A DNA stretch of 64,000 bases from Armatimonadota bacterium (GTDB lineage: Bacteria; Armatimonadota; UBA5829; DTLH01): contig JAKPFN010000079.1 in the NCBI GenBank assembly GCA_029551395.1, positions 9,278 to 73,277 on the forward strand, given 5' to 3'. Positions 41,994-52,076 of this stretch are shown here, one piece after another. Both the position numbers and the translations under genes were made by a program. The notes beneath the pieces were generated by a model that searched no databases, had not been told where the DNA came from, and saw only the letters and a program-made list of their open reading frames with translations. The stretch's first letter is position 1. Each line of letters begins with the position of its first letter.

Positions 41994-42142
41994 AAATGAG
42001 GATGTTTAAAATGCAATGGGAGCGCCATTCGGATCAATGACGCTCCCTGAGAATGAGGGTGAAAGTTGCGTAGTCACTGGCAGCCACGCTTTTTCACTTA
42101 TAAAGACGGTCTAACAGATTGTCTGGTTACAATCTTGATAGT

Positions 42143-42607
42143 CTAAATTTCAGGCTCGCTTGAATAATCAGGACTCCACTGCTTTATAATCTTATTACAC
42201 CAATCTGATGTATTCCAATGAAGATTGCTGATCTCAGTGACCAGTTCTCTTGTTGGCTCATCAAGGTCATCACGCGCGAGTACATCAATTGCCAGCCTTG
42301 CAATATCCTGATGCTCTTCACAGATAACTGAAAGCTTATCCGGCAGTGAGTCTATCTCGGAAATACGAGCTGTCAAATCCGAGTTTAGCAGGGTAGGGGT
42401 ACCGTCAAGCTGAGTGATTCTATGATACAGCCCTGAAGATGACCATCGTTCTGCATCCGCAATATCTTCCAGTCCATCGACAATATCAGTATCCGTTTCA
42501 CTGTATTCATCGATAACGGCCCGAATTGCCTCGTGCGCGGTTCGAGTTTTTACGAGCAGTTCATTCAAGTCCTGTATCAATGACGCCATCAGGTATGCCC
42601 TCCGCAA
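42143..42607 (-). CDS. Hypothetical acidic protein (last gene of the Fe-S operon)
   Basis: ORF only. Confidence 0.35.
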   Translation of the reverse strand: MRRAYLMASLIQDLNELLVKTRTAHEAIRAVIDEYSETDTDIVDGLEDIADAERWSSSGLYHRITQLDGTPTLLNSDLTARISEIDSLPDKLSVICEEHQDIARLAIDVLARDDLDEPTRELVTEISNLHWNTSDWCNKIIKQWSPDYSSEPEI

Positions 42608-42625
42608 CTATTGTCTGCGAAGCAA

Positions 42626-42877
42626 TTATTCAGTAATACCAGATACTGCTTCTACCCCCTTGATATCAGGGACGTCTTGCTTCACCTTTCTTTCTATACC
42701 CATCTGAAGGGTCATTGCTGCCATAGGACATCCATGACAAGCGCCAGTAAGCTTAACTTTGACAACGCCATCTTCTACATCGACCAGTTCAACATCGCCG
42801 CCGTCGAGCTGCAAAGCCGGTCTGATCTCATCGATTGATTTCTGAACCTGTTCTTTTAAAGTCTTATCGTCTGCCAT
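42626..42877 (-). CDS. NifU-C/Nfu-type Fe-S cluster protein
   Basis: LDGGDVELVDV...CHGCPMA motif. Confidence 0.8.
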   Translation of the reverse strand: MADDKTLKEQVQKSIDEIRPALQLDGGDVELVDVEDGVVKVKLTGACHGCPMAAMTLQMGIERKVKQDVPDIKGVEAVSGITE

Positions 42878-42931
42878 TTAACGCTCCTATCTTTGATTCG
42901 TGATATAGTATGATACTCGATATTACCTTAA

Positions 42932-43372
42932 CTAGTCTTCAGTGTGAGCATGAAGCTCTTCATGGGAATGTTGTTTAAGGTCTAATCCTTTGCCAGTTGT
43001 CTTTTTCAGGTAATCATCTATCGCTGCCTGTACTGCTTCTTCAGCAAGCACGGAACAGTGCATTTTAACCGGAGGAAGTCCGCCAAGAGCCTCTGCGACT
43101 GCTTTATTGGTCAATTGCAGCGCTTCTTCTATGGTTTTACCTTTGATAAGCTCTGTTGCCATACTGCTGGTAGCAATGGCTGCTCCGCAGCCGAATGTTT
43201 GGAACTTAATGTCTTCGATTACCCCGTTGTTAACCTTAATGAACATCTTCATGATGTCTCCACAGGTTGGGTTTCCGACTGTTCCGACACCGTCAGCATC
43301 CTCAATCACGCCGACGTTGCGAGGATTAGCAAAATGATCCATGACTTCTGGGCTATATTGTGTATTACTCAT
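42932..43372 (-). CDS. iscU: Fe-S cluster assembly scaffold IscU/NifU-N
   Basis: GNPTCGDIMKMFIKV, FGCGAAIATSS, HCSVLAEEA. Confidence 0.9.
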   Translation of the reverse strand: MSNTQYSPEVMDHFANPRNVGVIEDADGVGTVGNPTCGDIMKMFIKVNNGVIEDIKFQTFGCGAAIATSSMATELIKGKTIEEALQLTNKAVAEALGGLPPVKMHCSVLAEEAVQAAIDDYLKKTTGKGLDLKQHSHEELHAHTED

Positions 43373-43392
43373 GCTCGGATTCCTCTTTTAAG

Positions 43393-44463
43393 TTATTTAA
43401 TGACCGCATCTACTTTAACACATGCAGTTACGCTTATTCTTGCTGCAACTTTTCTCGCCATCTCTTTAAATGGTTCTGCCTGAGGCGAGTCAGGCCGTGC
43501 TATGACTGTTGGGACTCCTTTATCGCTGTCAATAACAACTTCCGGCTCAAGCGGTATTTTGCCTATTATAGGAACATCCAACCATTCAGCAGCTTTTTCA
43601 CCTCCACCGTGGCTGAAGATATCAGTCCGTCCTTCACAGTGCGGGCAGATGAAGTAGCTCATATTCTCGACGATGCCTATGATTGGGACATCCATCCGCT
43701 TGAACATCTGTGCTGCCTTAATAGCTATATTCAAAGCCATATCCTGAGATGTTGTAACAATAACAACACCGGTTATCGGAACAGTCTGCGCCAGAGTTAT
43801 CTGTGCATCACCTGTACCTGGCGGGAGATCGACAACTAGGTAATCGAGATCTCCCCAATCGGTATCGGAAATCATCTGCTTTACAGCGCCGGACACAAGT
43901 GGACCACGCCAGATAACCGCAGCATCATCTGGCATCATAAAACCGAGTGAAAGCAGTTTTATGCCGTACTCCTCTACTGGGATTATTTTTCCATTAGAGG
44001 CTACCGGTCTTTGAGTCGTCCCTATAAGCCTTGGCAGACTTGGTCCGTATATGTCAGCATCAAGTAAGCCTACTTTAGCTCCTTCCTGTGCCAGAGCAAG
44101 TGCCAGATTGACAGATATCGTAGATTTGCCAACGCCGCCTTTACCGCTGGCAACAGCTATTATGTTCTTAACTCCGGGGAGAACTTCATCTTCTCTAGCT
44201 CCCGGCATTGCCTTGACTTTGCTGTCCAACTTTACCTCAACAGTCTCAATTCCTGGGAGTGATGCGACTGCCTGTTTTGCCGCTTCTTTTATCTGTGCTT
44301 TTAGCGGGCAGGCAGGAGTAGTAAGCACTATAGTGAATGATGCATTGCCACTCTGCACCTTTACATCTTGAATCATCCCGAGGCTGACTAAATCTCTGCC
44401 CAATTCCGGGTCCTGAACACTTTTGAGTGAGTTTATTACATCTTTTTCTGTTGGCATCATCAT
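43393..44463 (-). CDS. apbC: Mrp/ApbC-family Fe-S cluster carrier ATPase
   Basis: VASGKGGVGKST P-loop, CPHC, and an N-terminal DUF59-like domain. Confidence 0.9.
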   Translation of the reverse strand: MMMPTEKDVINSLKSVQDPELGRDLVSLGMIQDVKVQSGNASFTIVLTTPACPLKAQIKEAAKQAVASLPGIETVEVKLDSKVKAMPGAREDEVLPGVKNIIAVASGKGGVGKSTISVNLALALAQEGAKVGLLDADIYGPSLPRLIGTTQRPVASNGKIIPVEEYGIKLLSLGFMMPDDAAVIWRGPLVSGAVKQMISDTDWGDLDYLVVDLPPGTGDAQITLAQTVPITGVVIVTTSQDMALNIAIKAAQMFKRMDVPIIGIVENMSYFICPHCEGRTDIFSHGGGEKAAEWLDVPIIGKIPLEPEVVIDSDKGVPTVIARPDSPQAEPFKEMARKVAARISVTACVKVDAVIK

Positions 44464-44481
44464 TTCCAGTCTGTTACAGGT

Positions 44482-45042
44482 TTAGAATTCTATCATAGGC
44501 TTGCCAGTGGTTTCCACACTGACTTTATTTACTATACAGAAGGCCAGGTGATCGATCCCGCACCGCATACAAGCTTCATCCACATTTCCGGACGACTCAA
44601 GTATAAGTTTAATGAACTCTTCGAGGGTATCTACCAGTTCTCTACGTTTGTCCTCAGGCATTTTATTTAGCACTTCCCTGAGCCAGGCAGTTCGAGCAGA
44701 ACGCGCGTGCTGAACTACGGCAATTCCTTCTTCCGTAAGGCTTACGCTGGCAAATCTCCGGTCTTGTTTGTTGTGTTCTCGATTAACAAGTCCTTTTCTG
44801 ACAAGTCTTTCAACAAGCTGGCTTGCTGCAGGCACAGTAATCGCCAACCCGGTGGCTATCTTTCTCACTGGAGATGGTCCATGCAGATAGATGTACTGTA
44901 GGCATTGAACAAGTGATGGAGTAATGCTGCTATCGCTGTTCGATTCGCAGGAAGCAGCCTCTTTCCTCACAATTTCAGCAAATACGCTTGACAGTATCTC
45001 CAGATATTCGATAGATTCTCGGGATAGAGTTGTTTCGTTCAT
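44482..45042 (-). CDS. MarR-like winged-HTH regulator with a C-terminal Cys cluster (CMRCGIDHLAFC)
   Basis: HTH region VRKIATGLAITVPAASQLVERLVRKGLV. It is 18 nt upstream of apbC. Confidence 0.6.
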   Translation of the reverse strand: MNETTLSRESIEYLEILSSVFAEIVRKEAASCESNSDSSITPSLVQCLQYIYLHGPSPVRKIATGLAITVPAASQLVERLVRKGLVNREHNKQDRRFASVSLTEEGIAVVQHARSARTAWLREVLNKMPEDKRRELVDTLEEFIKLILESSGNVDEACMRCGIDHLAFCIVNKVSVETTGKPMIEF

Positions 45043-45163
45043 AGTCGTATAAGCAACTTATTAATTAAGCTACTTACATTATACCAACAAAGAGGCTGTT
45101 GTCAATCATGGGGAAGGAGTAAGGAATCACAATATTTCTGATATCCTTACTCCAAACGCTTTA

Positions 45164-46459
45164 TCAATAAAACAGGAATGGCCACCAGTTTTTCATTGGC
45201 TTGCCTTCGTCATCCTTACATTTATTACCATATCCGGGGATGTTCTGCCTCCAGTAGACCAGCCAGCAGCCCATACAGTCCGGTGCAAGGTCTCTGTATC
45301 TCTGGAATTTGTCGATAGACCAAGGCTCTGCGATGTCTTTTCCATCCGGTCCATCGAACAGCCGGTAGTGTTCAATCGTAGACATAACAACATTGGGATT
45401 GGCTAAGTCATAATGCCCGCGTCCACTTGGGGTAAAGTGAACATTGCCCGCAATGCAAACATAATTATCCAGCCGGTACTCCTTTTCCCCATCTTTTATA
45501 ATGGCTGTATGTTCATCAGGATATTCGACACCTTTACCTTCTCCCCAGAGATGGTAGAAAGAATTGAATGGCAGATTGAACCGTTTATCAAGGTCGAAAC
45601 CGGCGAACTCATAGAAATATTTTCTGAAGTAAGGTATTACACCGGAATGAGCCATTCCTTCCATTGAATGACCGAAATTCTCGATTGCGCAGCCGATGCC
45701 CCGCTCAGCATTGATGAAATTGATACGCAGGCTTCGACCATGCCAGGGTTCTTTGGGATCGCCGCCGTTGCCGGAATGGCGGTAATTACCTTCAACTCGT
45801 TTGAAGTTCTCGTCATATACAGGCTTTAGCTCCGTACATTCAAATGGAGAGCCTGCATTTTTCTGATAGGCAAAGAACCATAACTCATGAATGATACCGC
45901 GGTCAACGAGTTCATGGAGCATAAGATACCTGTCTGGATTGTCCGGGTCTTTGAATCCATAATTCTCTGCAAACTCTTCAGAGTAAAGCTCTTTATACTG
46001 GAAGTTGATGCCTTCCTTCCAATCCGGTACTCGTGGGTACTTTGTGGAGTTGCCATCAACAGTTTCGACACTTGGATCTGTATCAGTAAGATCGATTATC
46101 TTCAGAAGTTTATATTCGATAAATGGTTGAGCGGCAGGATCTTTGTAGCCATGATATCGAGTGCTTTCTGTTAATGCTCCACATAACTGCTTTGCCATTT
46201 TGTCAGCTTTGTCAGGACTGAAACCGTTGGCGAAATTCAACACGAGGATTCTCGGCTGCATTTTTTTGATTTTGTCGTGGTTATCCGCAATCCACTGGTC
46301 TGAGTTTGCTTTACTAACACTGTTAGGCCAGATTGTAAGGTCGGTAGTGTATTGCGGATTCGCGGGATCAGGGGTTGCAGCCGTAACCACAGCACAGGCA
46401 ATAACGGTCATGTAGAACGAGCTTAAGAGCTTGAGTAACATAAAATACCTCCTTCTCAA
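45164..46459 (-). CDS. Secreted hypothetical protein
   Basis: Signal peptide. No recognisable domain. Confidence 0.45.
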   Translation of the reverse strand: MRRRYFMLLKLLSSFYMTVIACAVVTAATPDPANPQYTTDLTIWPNSVSKANSDQWIADNHDKIKKMQPRILVLNFANGFSPDKADKMAKQLCGALTESTRYHGYKDPAAQPFIEYKLLKIIDLTDTDPSVETVDGNSTKYPRVPDWKEGINFQYKELYSEEFAENYGFKDPDNPDRYLMLHELVDRGIIHELWFFAYQKNAGSPFECTELKPVYDENFKRVEGNYRHSGNGGDPKEPWHGRSLRINFINAERGIGCAIENFGHSMEGMAHSGVIPYFRKYFYEFAGFDLDKRFNLPFNSFYHLWGEGKGVEYPDEHTAIIKDGEKEYRLDNYVCIAGNVHFTPSGRGHYDLANPNVVMSTIEHYRLFDGPDGKDIAEPWSIDKFQRYRDLAPDCMGCWLVYWRQNIPGYGNKCKDDEGKPMKNWWPFLFY

Positions 46460-46894
46460 TACTCTTTATAACGGCAAGCTTTCCGTGGAGCCTGTTCGGA
46501 AGATATCGGTTTTCGTTTTCCTTGCCAAAAACCGCTTAGTTAAAAGGTTTAAATTATCCTGCTGTATAATTTATACTAATTAGGTTGATGACGACCAGGT
46601 TCAATAAATCATACTGAACCTGATACGTCATACCGAACATAATAAGTCATGCCGAACTTGTTACGGCATCTGATTTTAGATTCTGAAACAAGTTCAGAAT
46701 GACGGTTATGTATTTCAAGGTAACGATGACGATATGCATCATAGCCGAACTTCTATCAGACAAACGAGAAACTGACACCATCCAAGGCGTATTGTTATTG
46801 GTCTTCTAATAGTCCAAGTCGCAAGGTCGGCGGATGCAACAGTGAAAGCATCAGATATTGTGGGCATGCAGATGTATAAGAAAGGATGAAATAG

Positions 46895-47605
46895 ATGGAC
46901 AAACTTATATCTGAGATGAGGGATCACTATATTATCTGTGGTTACGGCAGAATGGGTAAACAGGTAGCTACAGATTTAAGACAACATAATGTCCCGGTGG
47001 TCGTCATTGAAGATAATCCTGTTCATATCCCAGAACTTATTGAACAAGGAATTCCATACATAGAAGGTAAAGCTACTGAGGATAAAATATTGATAGCTGC
47101 TGGCGCTGAACGGGCAAAAGGAATTGTTGCAGTAGCTGCCTCTGATGAAGAAAACGTATTTATTACTCTTACAGCCCGAGTGTTGAACCCAAACCTGTTT
47201 ATTGTAGCAAGGTCGATTCTTGAGGAGAATGAAGATAAGCTGAAAAGAGCAGGAGCAAACCGGGTCGTATCACCATACATTCTTGGAGGCCACAGAATTG
47301 CCGCAGCTGTGCTTAAACCAAGGGTAATGGCCTTTCTGGATGTTGCACTGCAAAGAGATAATCTTGATATCGAGATTGGTGATGTAGTCGTTTCATCATC
47401 AGCTCCTTTTGCTGGAAAAACTATCAGAGAAAGCGGCTTTAGAGAGTCTACTGGTGCCACCATTCTGGCAATTAAACGCGCAAATGAAAAAATAGTTGGG
47501 AATCCATCTCCTGATATGGTCATCCTGCCTGGTGATGAAATGGTTATTATGGGCACTTTGGATCAAATAGCAGAAGCAGAACGGTTGTCTGAACTTCCTG
47601 ATTGA
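46895..47605 (+). CDS. trkA: TrkA-family K+ transport regulatory protein (RCK N + C domains)
   Basis: IICGYGRMGKQVA Rossmann motif, and a TrkA-C region. Confidence 0.8.
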   Translation: MDKLISEMRDHYIICGYGRMGKQVATDLRQHNVPVVVIEDNPVHIPELIEQGIPYIEGKATEDKILIAAGAERAKGIVAVAASDEENVFITLTARVLNPNLFIVARSILEENEDKLKRAGANRVVSPYILGGHRIAAAVLKPRVMAFLDVALQRDNLDIEIGDVVVSSSAPFAGKTIRESGFRESTGATILAIKRANEKIVGNPSPDMVILPGDEMVIMGTLDQIAEAERLSELPD

Positions 47606-47694
47606 ATCAATACTACGGGTGTTATCACAGAACTTTTTGAAGCTGGTCATTGTGGGTAATCCGTAATTGGAAATATTGTATGGAGGTGATTCCT

Positions 47695-47895
47695 GTGATT
47701 GACCAGAGCAAGCTGGCACAGTTAGCGGCATTTGTTGAAGGCTGCAGCTTTCCTTGCACCAAACAGGAACTCTTAGAGCGAGCTGAAAACGAAAATGCCA
47801 CTGATGAAGTAGTTGATATGCTGGACCAGATACCTGACAGAGAGTATCTTTCTGAAACAGATATTATAGAGACTGCACAAGGCTGTGTCTGCTGA
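47695..47895 (+). CDS. DUF2795-family small protein
   Basis: FPCTKQELLERAENENATDEVVDMLDQIPDREY. GTG start with a GGAGGTG RBS. The ORF track began further upstream. Confidence 0.5.
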   Translation: MIDQSKLAQLAAFVEGCSFPCTKQELLERAENENATDEVVDMLDQIPDREYLSETDIIETAQGCVC

Positions 47896-47935
47896 CAGAA
47901 GCATTGTGTGAGAGAAAGCAAAATAGACAAAAGAA

Positions 47936-47964
47936 GCTCGGGTCTTATAGTCCGGGCTTTTTTT
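47936..47964 (+). terminator. Intrinsic terminator (GCUCGG-loop-CCGGGC followed by T7)
   Basis: Hairpin with a G-U wobble, then TTTTTTT. Confidence 0.65.
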
Positions 47965-48096
47965 ATTTATCAGAGATATTTATTGAAGACGAAACCAGGC
48001 CAAGAGGTCTAATCTTCCGATGATACACACTCAAAATGAACCATATTGCTTACTGCTGCAACTAAATAACTTGAAGTATCGAGAGGAGGTTAGATT

Positions 48097-49215
48097 ATGT
48101 GGAAATGGCTTATTGTCCTGGCATGTCTTTCGGCCTATACCTGTGGTGTGTTATCGCTTGGCGCAAGGGAGGCAGTGGTAGAAGAAAAAACAACACCTCA
48201 AAAACCTGAAGATATCGTAGTTGCACGAGCTTCTTCGGTGACTGTCGGTGACGCGCAGCACTTTGGTGGGCTGATGATATTTCCGCTTATCGGCAGCAGC
48301 CTGAAGGGAGATGACTACTTTACTCTGGATGAGGCAATTAAGCTCGATCTCATCAAAGTTAGAGAAAAAGGGTCGGGTGACGTTAATCTGGTCGTGCTGC
48401 AGAACTACGCTGGCAGACCTGTCTTTATAATGGACGGTGAAGAGATAGTCGGCGCAAAACAGAATCGGACGATAAACAGCTCTGTTATGATCGGAACTAA
48501 ACAGATAGCTGAGATTCCCGTCAGTTGTGTAGAGCAGGGGAGATGGGTGGCAGTTTCATCCGAATTCAAGTCTGGTGAAACACAATTATTTGCCAGCGCC
48601 AGACAGATGAACTCCGTTGCAGTCACTGACAACTATAAAGCGGTACCGTCAGCCGGTCCTCAGTCAGATCAGTCGATGATCTGGAGTAAAGTTGCAGCTA
48701 AACGAGCGGCAATACCTGCCTGTGAAGGAGCTACAGACGCAATGCATGAAGTTTATTCGGTTCGTCAGGATGATATTAACCAGTATTTGAAGCATTTCGA
48801 AGTAGTGGATGGACAGGTTGGGGCTGTGTTTGCGATTGGCGGCAAAATTATTGGGGCAGACATCTTCGACCGGCACAGCACCTTTGAAAAGCTGTTTCCT
48901 AAGCTCGTAAAATCGTATGGACTCGATGCGGTTGATCTTGATGATAAAGACAATCAAGTGCTACCAACAAAAGCAGATGCAGAGGCATTTATAAAACGTA
49001 TCAAAAAGAGCGATGTTGAGTTGCAGAGTTACGAAAGCCCCGGCGAAGGTAATGATGTAAGAATCAAATCAGACATAATAAACGGTCATGGACTTGTTTT
49101 TAATGGTAAAGCTGTGCATGTTGTGCTTTTTGCTCCGGTTGATGCTTCAGATGATTCTGCAAAAGTGAACCAGATCGCGCCTGCATCAGAAAGAAGGCAT
49201 CGGTTAACAGAGTAG
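48097..49215 (+). CDS. Secreted hypothetical protein
   Basis: Signal peptide. No recognisable domain. Confidence 0.45.
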   Translation: MWKWLIVLACLSAYTCGVLSLGAREAVVEEKTTPQKPEDIVVARASSVTVGDAQHFGGLMIFPLIGSSLKGDDYFTLDEAIKLDLIKVREKGSGDVNLVVLQNYAGRPVFIMDGEEIVGAKQNRTINSSVMIGTKQIAEIPVSCVEQGRWVAVSSEFKSGETQLFASARQMNSVAVTDNYKAVPSAGPQSDQSMIWSKVAAKRAAIPACEGATDAMHEVYSVRQDDINQYLKHFEVVDGQVGAVFAIGGKIIGADIFDRHSTFEKLFPKLVKSYGLDAVDLDDKDNQVLPTKADAEAFIKRIKKSDVELQSYESPGEGNDVRIKSDIINGHGLVFNGKAVHVVLFAPVDASDDSAKVNQIAPASERRHRLTE

Positions 49216-49252
49216 GTTTGAGTAGTGGAATACTTATCTATTGAAAGAGGAT

Positions 49253-49277
49253 AGGGGACGGCGTAAAACCGTCCCCT
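49253..49277. terminator. Bidirectional terminator hairpin AGGGGACGG-n7-CCGTCCCCT
   Basis: 9-bp GC-rich stem between convergent genes. Confidence 0.6.
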
Positions 49278-49289
49278 GAGCGTATCTAT

Positions 49290-51277
49290 TTATTTACTTG
49301 TTGGAGCTTCTGCAGAATCAGGGTTGGGCTTTTCTTTCCCATCGCTATCCCCAATTTGCATTGCTTTAAGCGCAGTTTCGACAGCCGCCGGATCAACATC
49401 ATTACCGGTCAACCTCTTAACAAGTGCTGCTCCAACCGCACCAAGTCCTGAGAGAGCGCCTGAAGCCAGATTCTTTATGTCATCCGGCAGTGCGGAGGTA
49501 AGTCCCTCAACATATTGACCGTTTTTCTGACCTGCATAGAATGCTTGGACCATCTTGTTTAGCGATGCCGGATCGCCCCACAAAGTCATCTTAGCTGAAG
49601 AGAACGCCTTGGCGAATGCTTCGGCAGCGGCAATCTTCGCATCTCTATCGGCAGCAATTCTTGCCAGTTCAACCTGAAGTTCTCTAGCGATGCTCTCGAA
49701 CTCGGCCTGGTTCTTGAGGTCTTCGCGTTTAACGTCAACCCGCGCACGTTCGACTTCAACCTTCTCACGGTCAACATTGACAGGAACCATCTGAACAGCC
49801 CTCTCGCCTTCGGCTTCGAGTGATTTAGCCTTCTGTTCAGCCTCAGCAAGGGTAAGACGTGCAGACGCTTTCTTTTCAGCAGATTCCCGCTCACCTTCAG
49901 CTTCTTTGACCATCTGGTAAGCAAGTACGTCGGCCTGCATCTGTTCGCGGAGTCTGGTCTTTTCGATATCCGCCTGTTCAGTAATAACCGCTTTGGCTTT
50001 CTCTCGTTCCGCAGTCTGAGTAACTTCTACAGTCAAGACAGACTGATGCTGCTGCTCACGTTCTTTTTCCATAGCAAGCTGTTCAGCCTCAGCCTGTGCG
50101 CGCTCTTTTTCTTTGATAGCAACAGCGATTTGTTTCTCACGTTCAGCAATCTCAAGCGCGCGCAGTTTATCGATCTCTGCCTGTTTTTCGGCCTGCTCGC
50201 GCCGCTGGTTTTCAACATCGATGGCTTGCTGTCTCTGAACTGCAGCAATCTGAACTGCCTGGTTCCTCTGTTCGATAGCAACCCCTTCAAGTGTCTCTTG
50301 CTGCGCTCGGAAAGTCTCAGCTTCCTGCCTGGACTGAGCCTGAGCTTTTAGAATATCAGCTTGCTTTTGTGCCTCAGCCGTAGCTTGTGCAATTTCCTGC
50401 TCGTAGATAAACTTCGCAGTTGATACATCCTGAGATTTGACTTTCTGGTCAGCTTCGCGTTCGATCATATTTCTCGCAACGCGTTGGGCCTGTGTGATCT
50501 CAGCAATTGTTCTGAGTCCCTGGGCATCAAAGACGTTCTGATCGCCGCGCATATCAGTCGGTGGAGTCTGGTCCAACTTGGAGATAGTAACCGACTCAAG
50601 TGTCAGACCGTTTGGCGCCAGATCCTTTTCTACAATACTCTGGACGGCAGTAGCAAAGTCATCCCGCTTTGTGTGAAGCTCATTTAACGGCCTGGTAGCA
50701 GCAACAGTCCGCAGTGCAGAAACCAGCTTTTGGAAAACTAGCTTCTTAACACTCTCTGCATCTACGGAACGTTCACCAAGTGATGTGGCAGCAGCAATGA
50801 CATCTTCTTCTTTCTTGAGAACCTTGATGTAGAACTCAGCCTGGACGTCTACACGGAGATTATCTCCCGTAATAAGCGCGTCTGTACCGGTACGTTCGAC
50901 ATCAAGCCTCATTGTTTCGAGAGAGACTGGGATTACGTTGTGGAACAAAGGAATAACCATTGCCCCCCATTGATTATTGCTCTTTGTCCCTTAGCTCCAG
51001 TACGAACAAAAGCCTCATTTGCAGATGTCTTATGATACCACTTCGTGAATGTAATGATTGACAAGGCAAATATAAAGAGAGAAGCGCCGAAGATCCAGAA
51101 TAATAGGCGCTCTGCCCACCCAATCTTTGCACCTGTCAATCCAGGAAGGAAGAATGGCGCAACAATGATAGCTAGCCCAATGAGTAAAATCATTACCCAA
51201 ATACCAGCGCCTGAACTCCTTAGTTTACTTCTAGCATGCATATATTGCATTTCCATTTGATGTGTTCCTCTCCTCAC
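49290..51277 (-). pseudogene. Flotillin (SPFH/band-7, YqiK/FloT-like) gene split by a frameshift in a G6 (plus-strand C6) homopolymer
   Basis: The N-terminal piece (50933..51277, TM + ...NEAFVRTGAKGQRAIINGG) and the C-terminal piece (49290..50960, MVIPLFHNV..., long EA-rich coiled coil) are in different frames. Adding one G at 50963-50968 would give the conserved ...INGGAMVIPLFH... Confidence 0.7.
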
Positions 51278-52041
51278 ACAGTTCCGAACTTTGGAATGTC
51301 CAGATCTCCAAGCATGTCTGGTTTCACTTCAAAAACCTGGTTTTCTTTGTCATAATGCAATAGAATAACATAGCTTCCTGCCGGAATTATCTCCTCAGAT
51401 GACTCTATACGACAAGAGACTTCCTGTAGATTTCCGTCAGAGTCGCGTAAACGGGCGCTACCTGATTTATGGGTTATGTCATAAACAGCCTTTGCTCGCT
51501 TACCAACAAGTTGTTGATTTGTCACACCATAGGTTTCAGTTCCTGGTATAACAGCACATATCAGGTTTGCTAAAAAACGTGTCAAAACTGCAGATAAGAC
51601 TAACGTAATTCCTAGTGAAGGCTAAAAGTAGAGAGCAGGGAATTTTAGGACTGGCGCCAAAGCCTGGTTAGCAGATAATCCTACAATACCCCATACAAGA
51701 CAGAATGCTGTGCCAATGACAGCAAGCGGTGCTTTGCCAAAACCTAGTAAACCAAGACCTTTCAAGAGAGTATTCTCAAGATCCCAATCATGACCGTGAA
51801 CGCCGCTAACATCAATGTGATGGTCGGTATCAGCTGAAACATCATGACTGATGTCTGCATCGTGATCCATGCTCACATCATGCCCTATATCCACGTCATG
51901 TCCTATTTCTCCATCACCAGTCGAGACATCAGCGTCATTCCCAATGCCAAGGAGCATTTGAATAGTCATGAGGAATAACGAGCCAATAAAGGGTAACAAG
52001 AACACTAAATTGTACCAACGGAGCAATTCTACTAGTTTCAA
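51274..52041 (-). pseudogene. NfeD-like (YuaF/YqiJ-type) membrane protein interrupted by an in-frame TAG
   Basis: ORFs 51622..52041 (TM + His/Asp-rich segment) and 51274..51585 (OB-fold, GKRAKAVYDI...EVKP) are in the same frame. A TAG at 51622-51624 lies inside a continuous hydrophobic helix (...LYF*PSLGITLVLSAVLTRFLANLICAV...). Confidence 0.6.
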
Positions 52042-52076
52042 GAAGCCACCCCCTTTGCCTTACGGCTCTGAATTGT

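Noticed and set aside
42030-42060. GGGAGCG-n16-CGCTCCC hairpin after ytfJ as an intrinsic terminator
   Set aside because: There is no downstream U-tract. It is listed only as a possible RNA structure and not annotated.
47023-47731. Minus-strand ORFs of 177 and 110 aa opposite trkA
   Set aside because: They are antisense to a conserved TrkA ORF. The S/A-rich translations are typical of reverse-frame noise.
51622-51624. Possibility that the in-frame TAG in the NfeD gene reflects stop-codon recoding (Pyl or an alternative genetic code)
   Set aside because: TAG terminates clearly complete genes in this same window (the GT4 gene at 5239-5241 and ilvA at 20326-20328). The NfeD TAG is therefore a nonsense lesion or an error.
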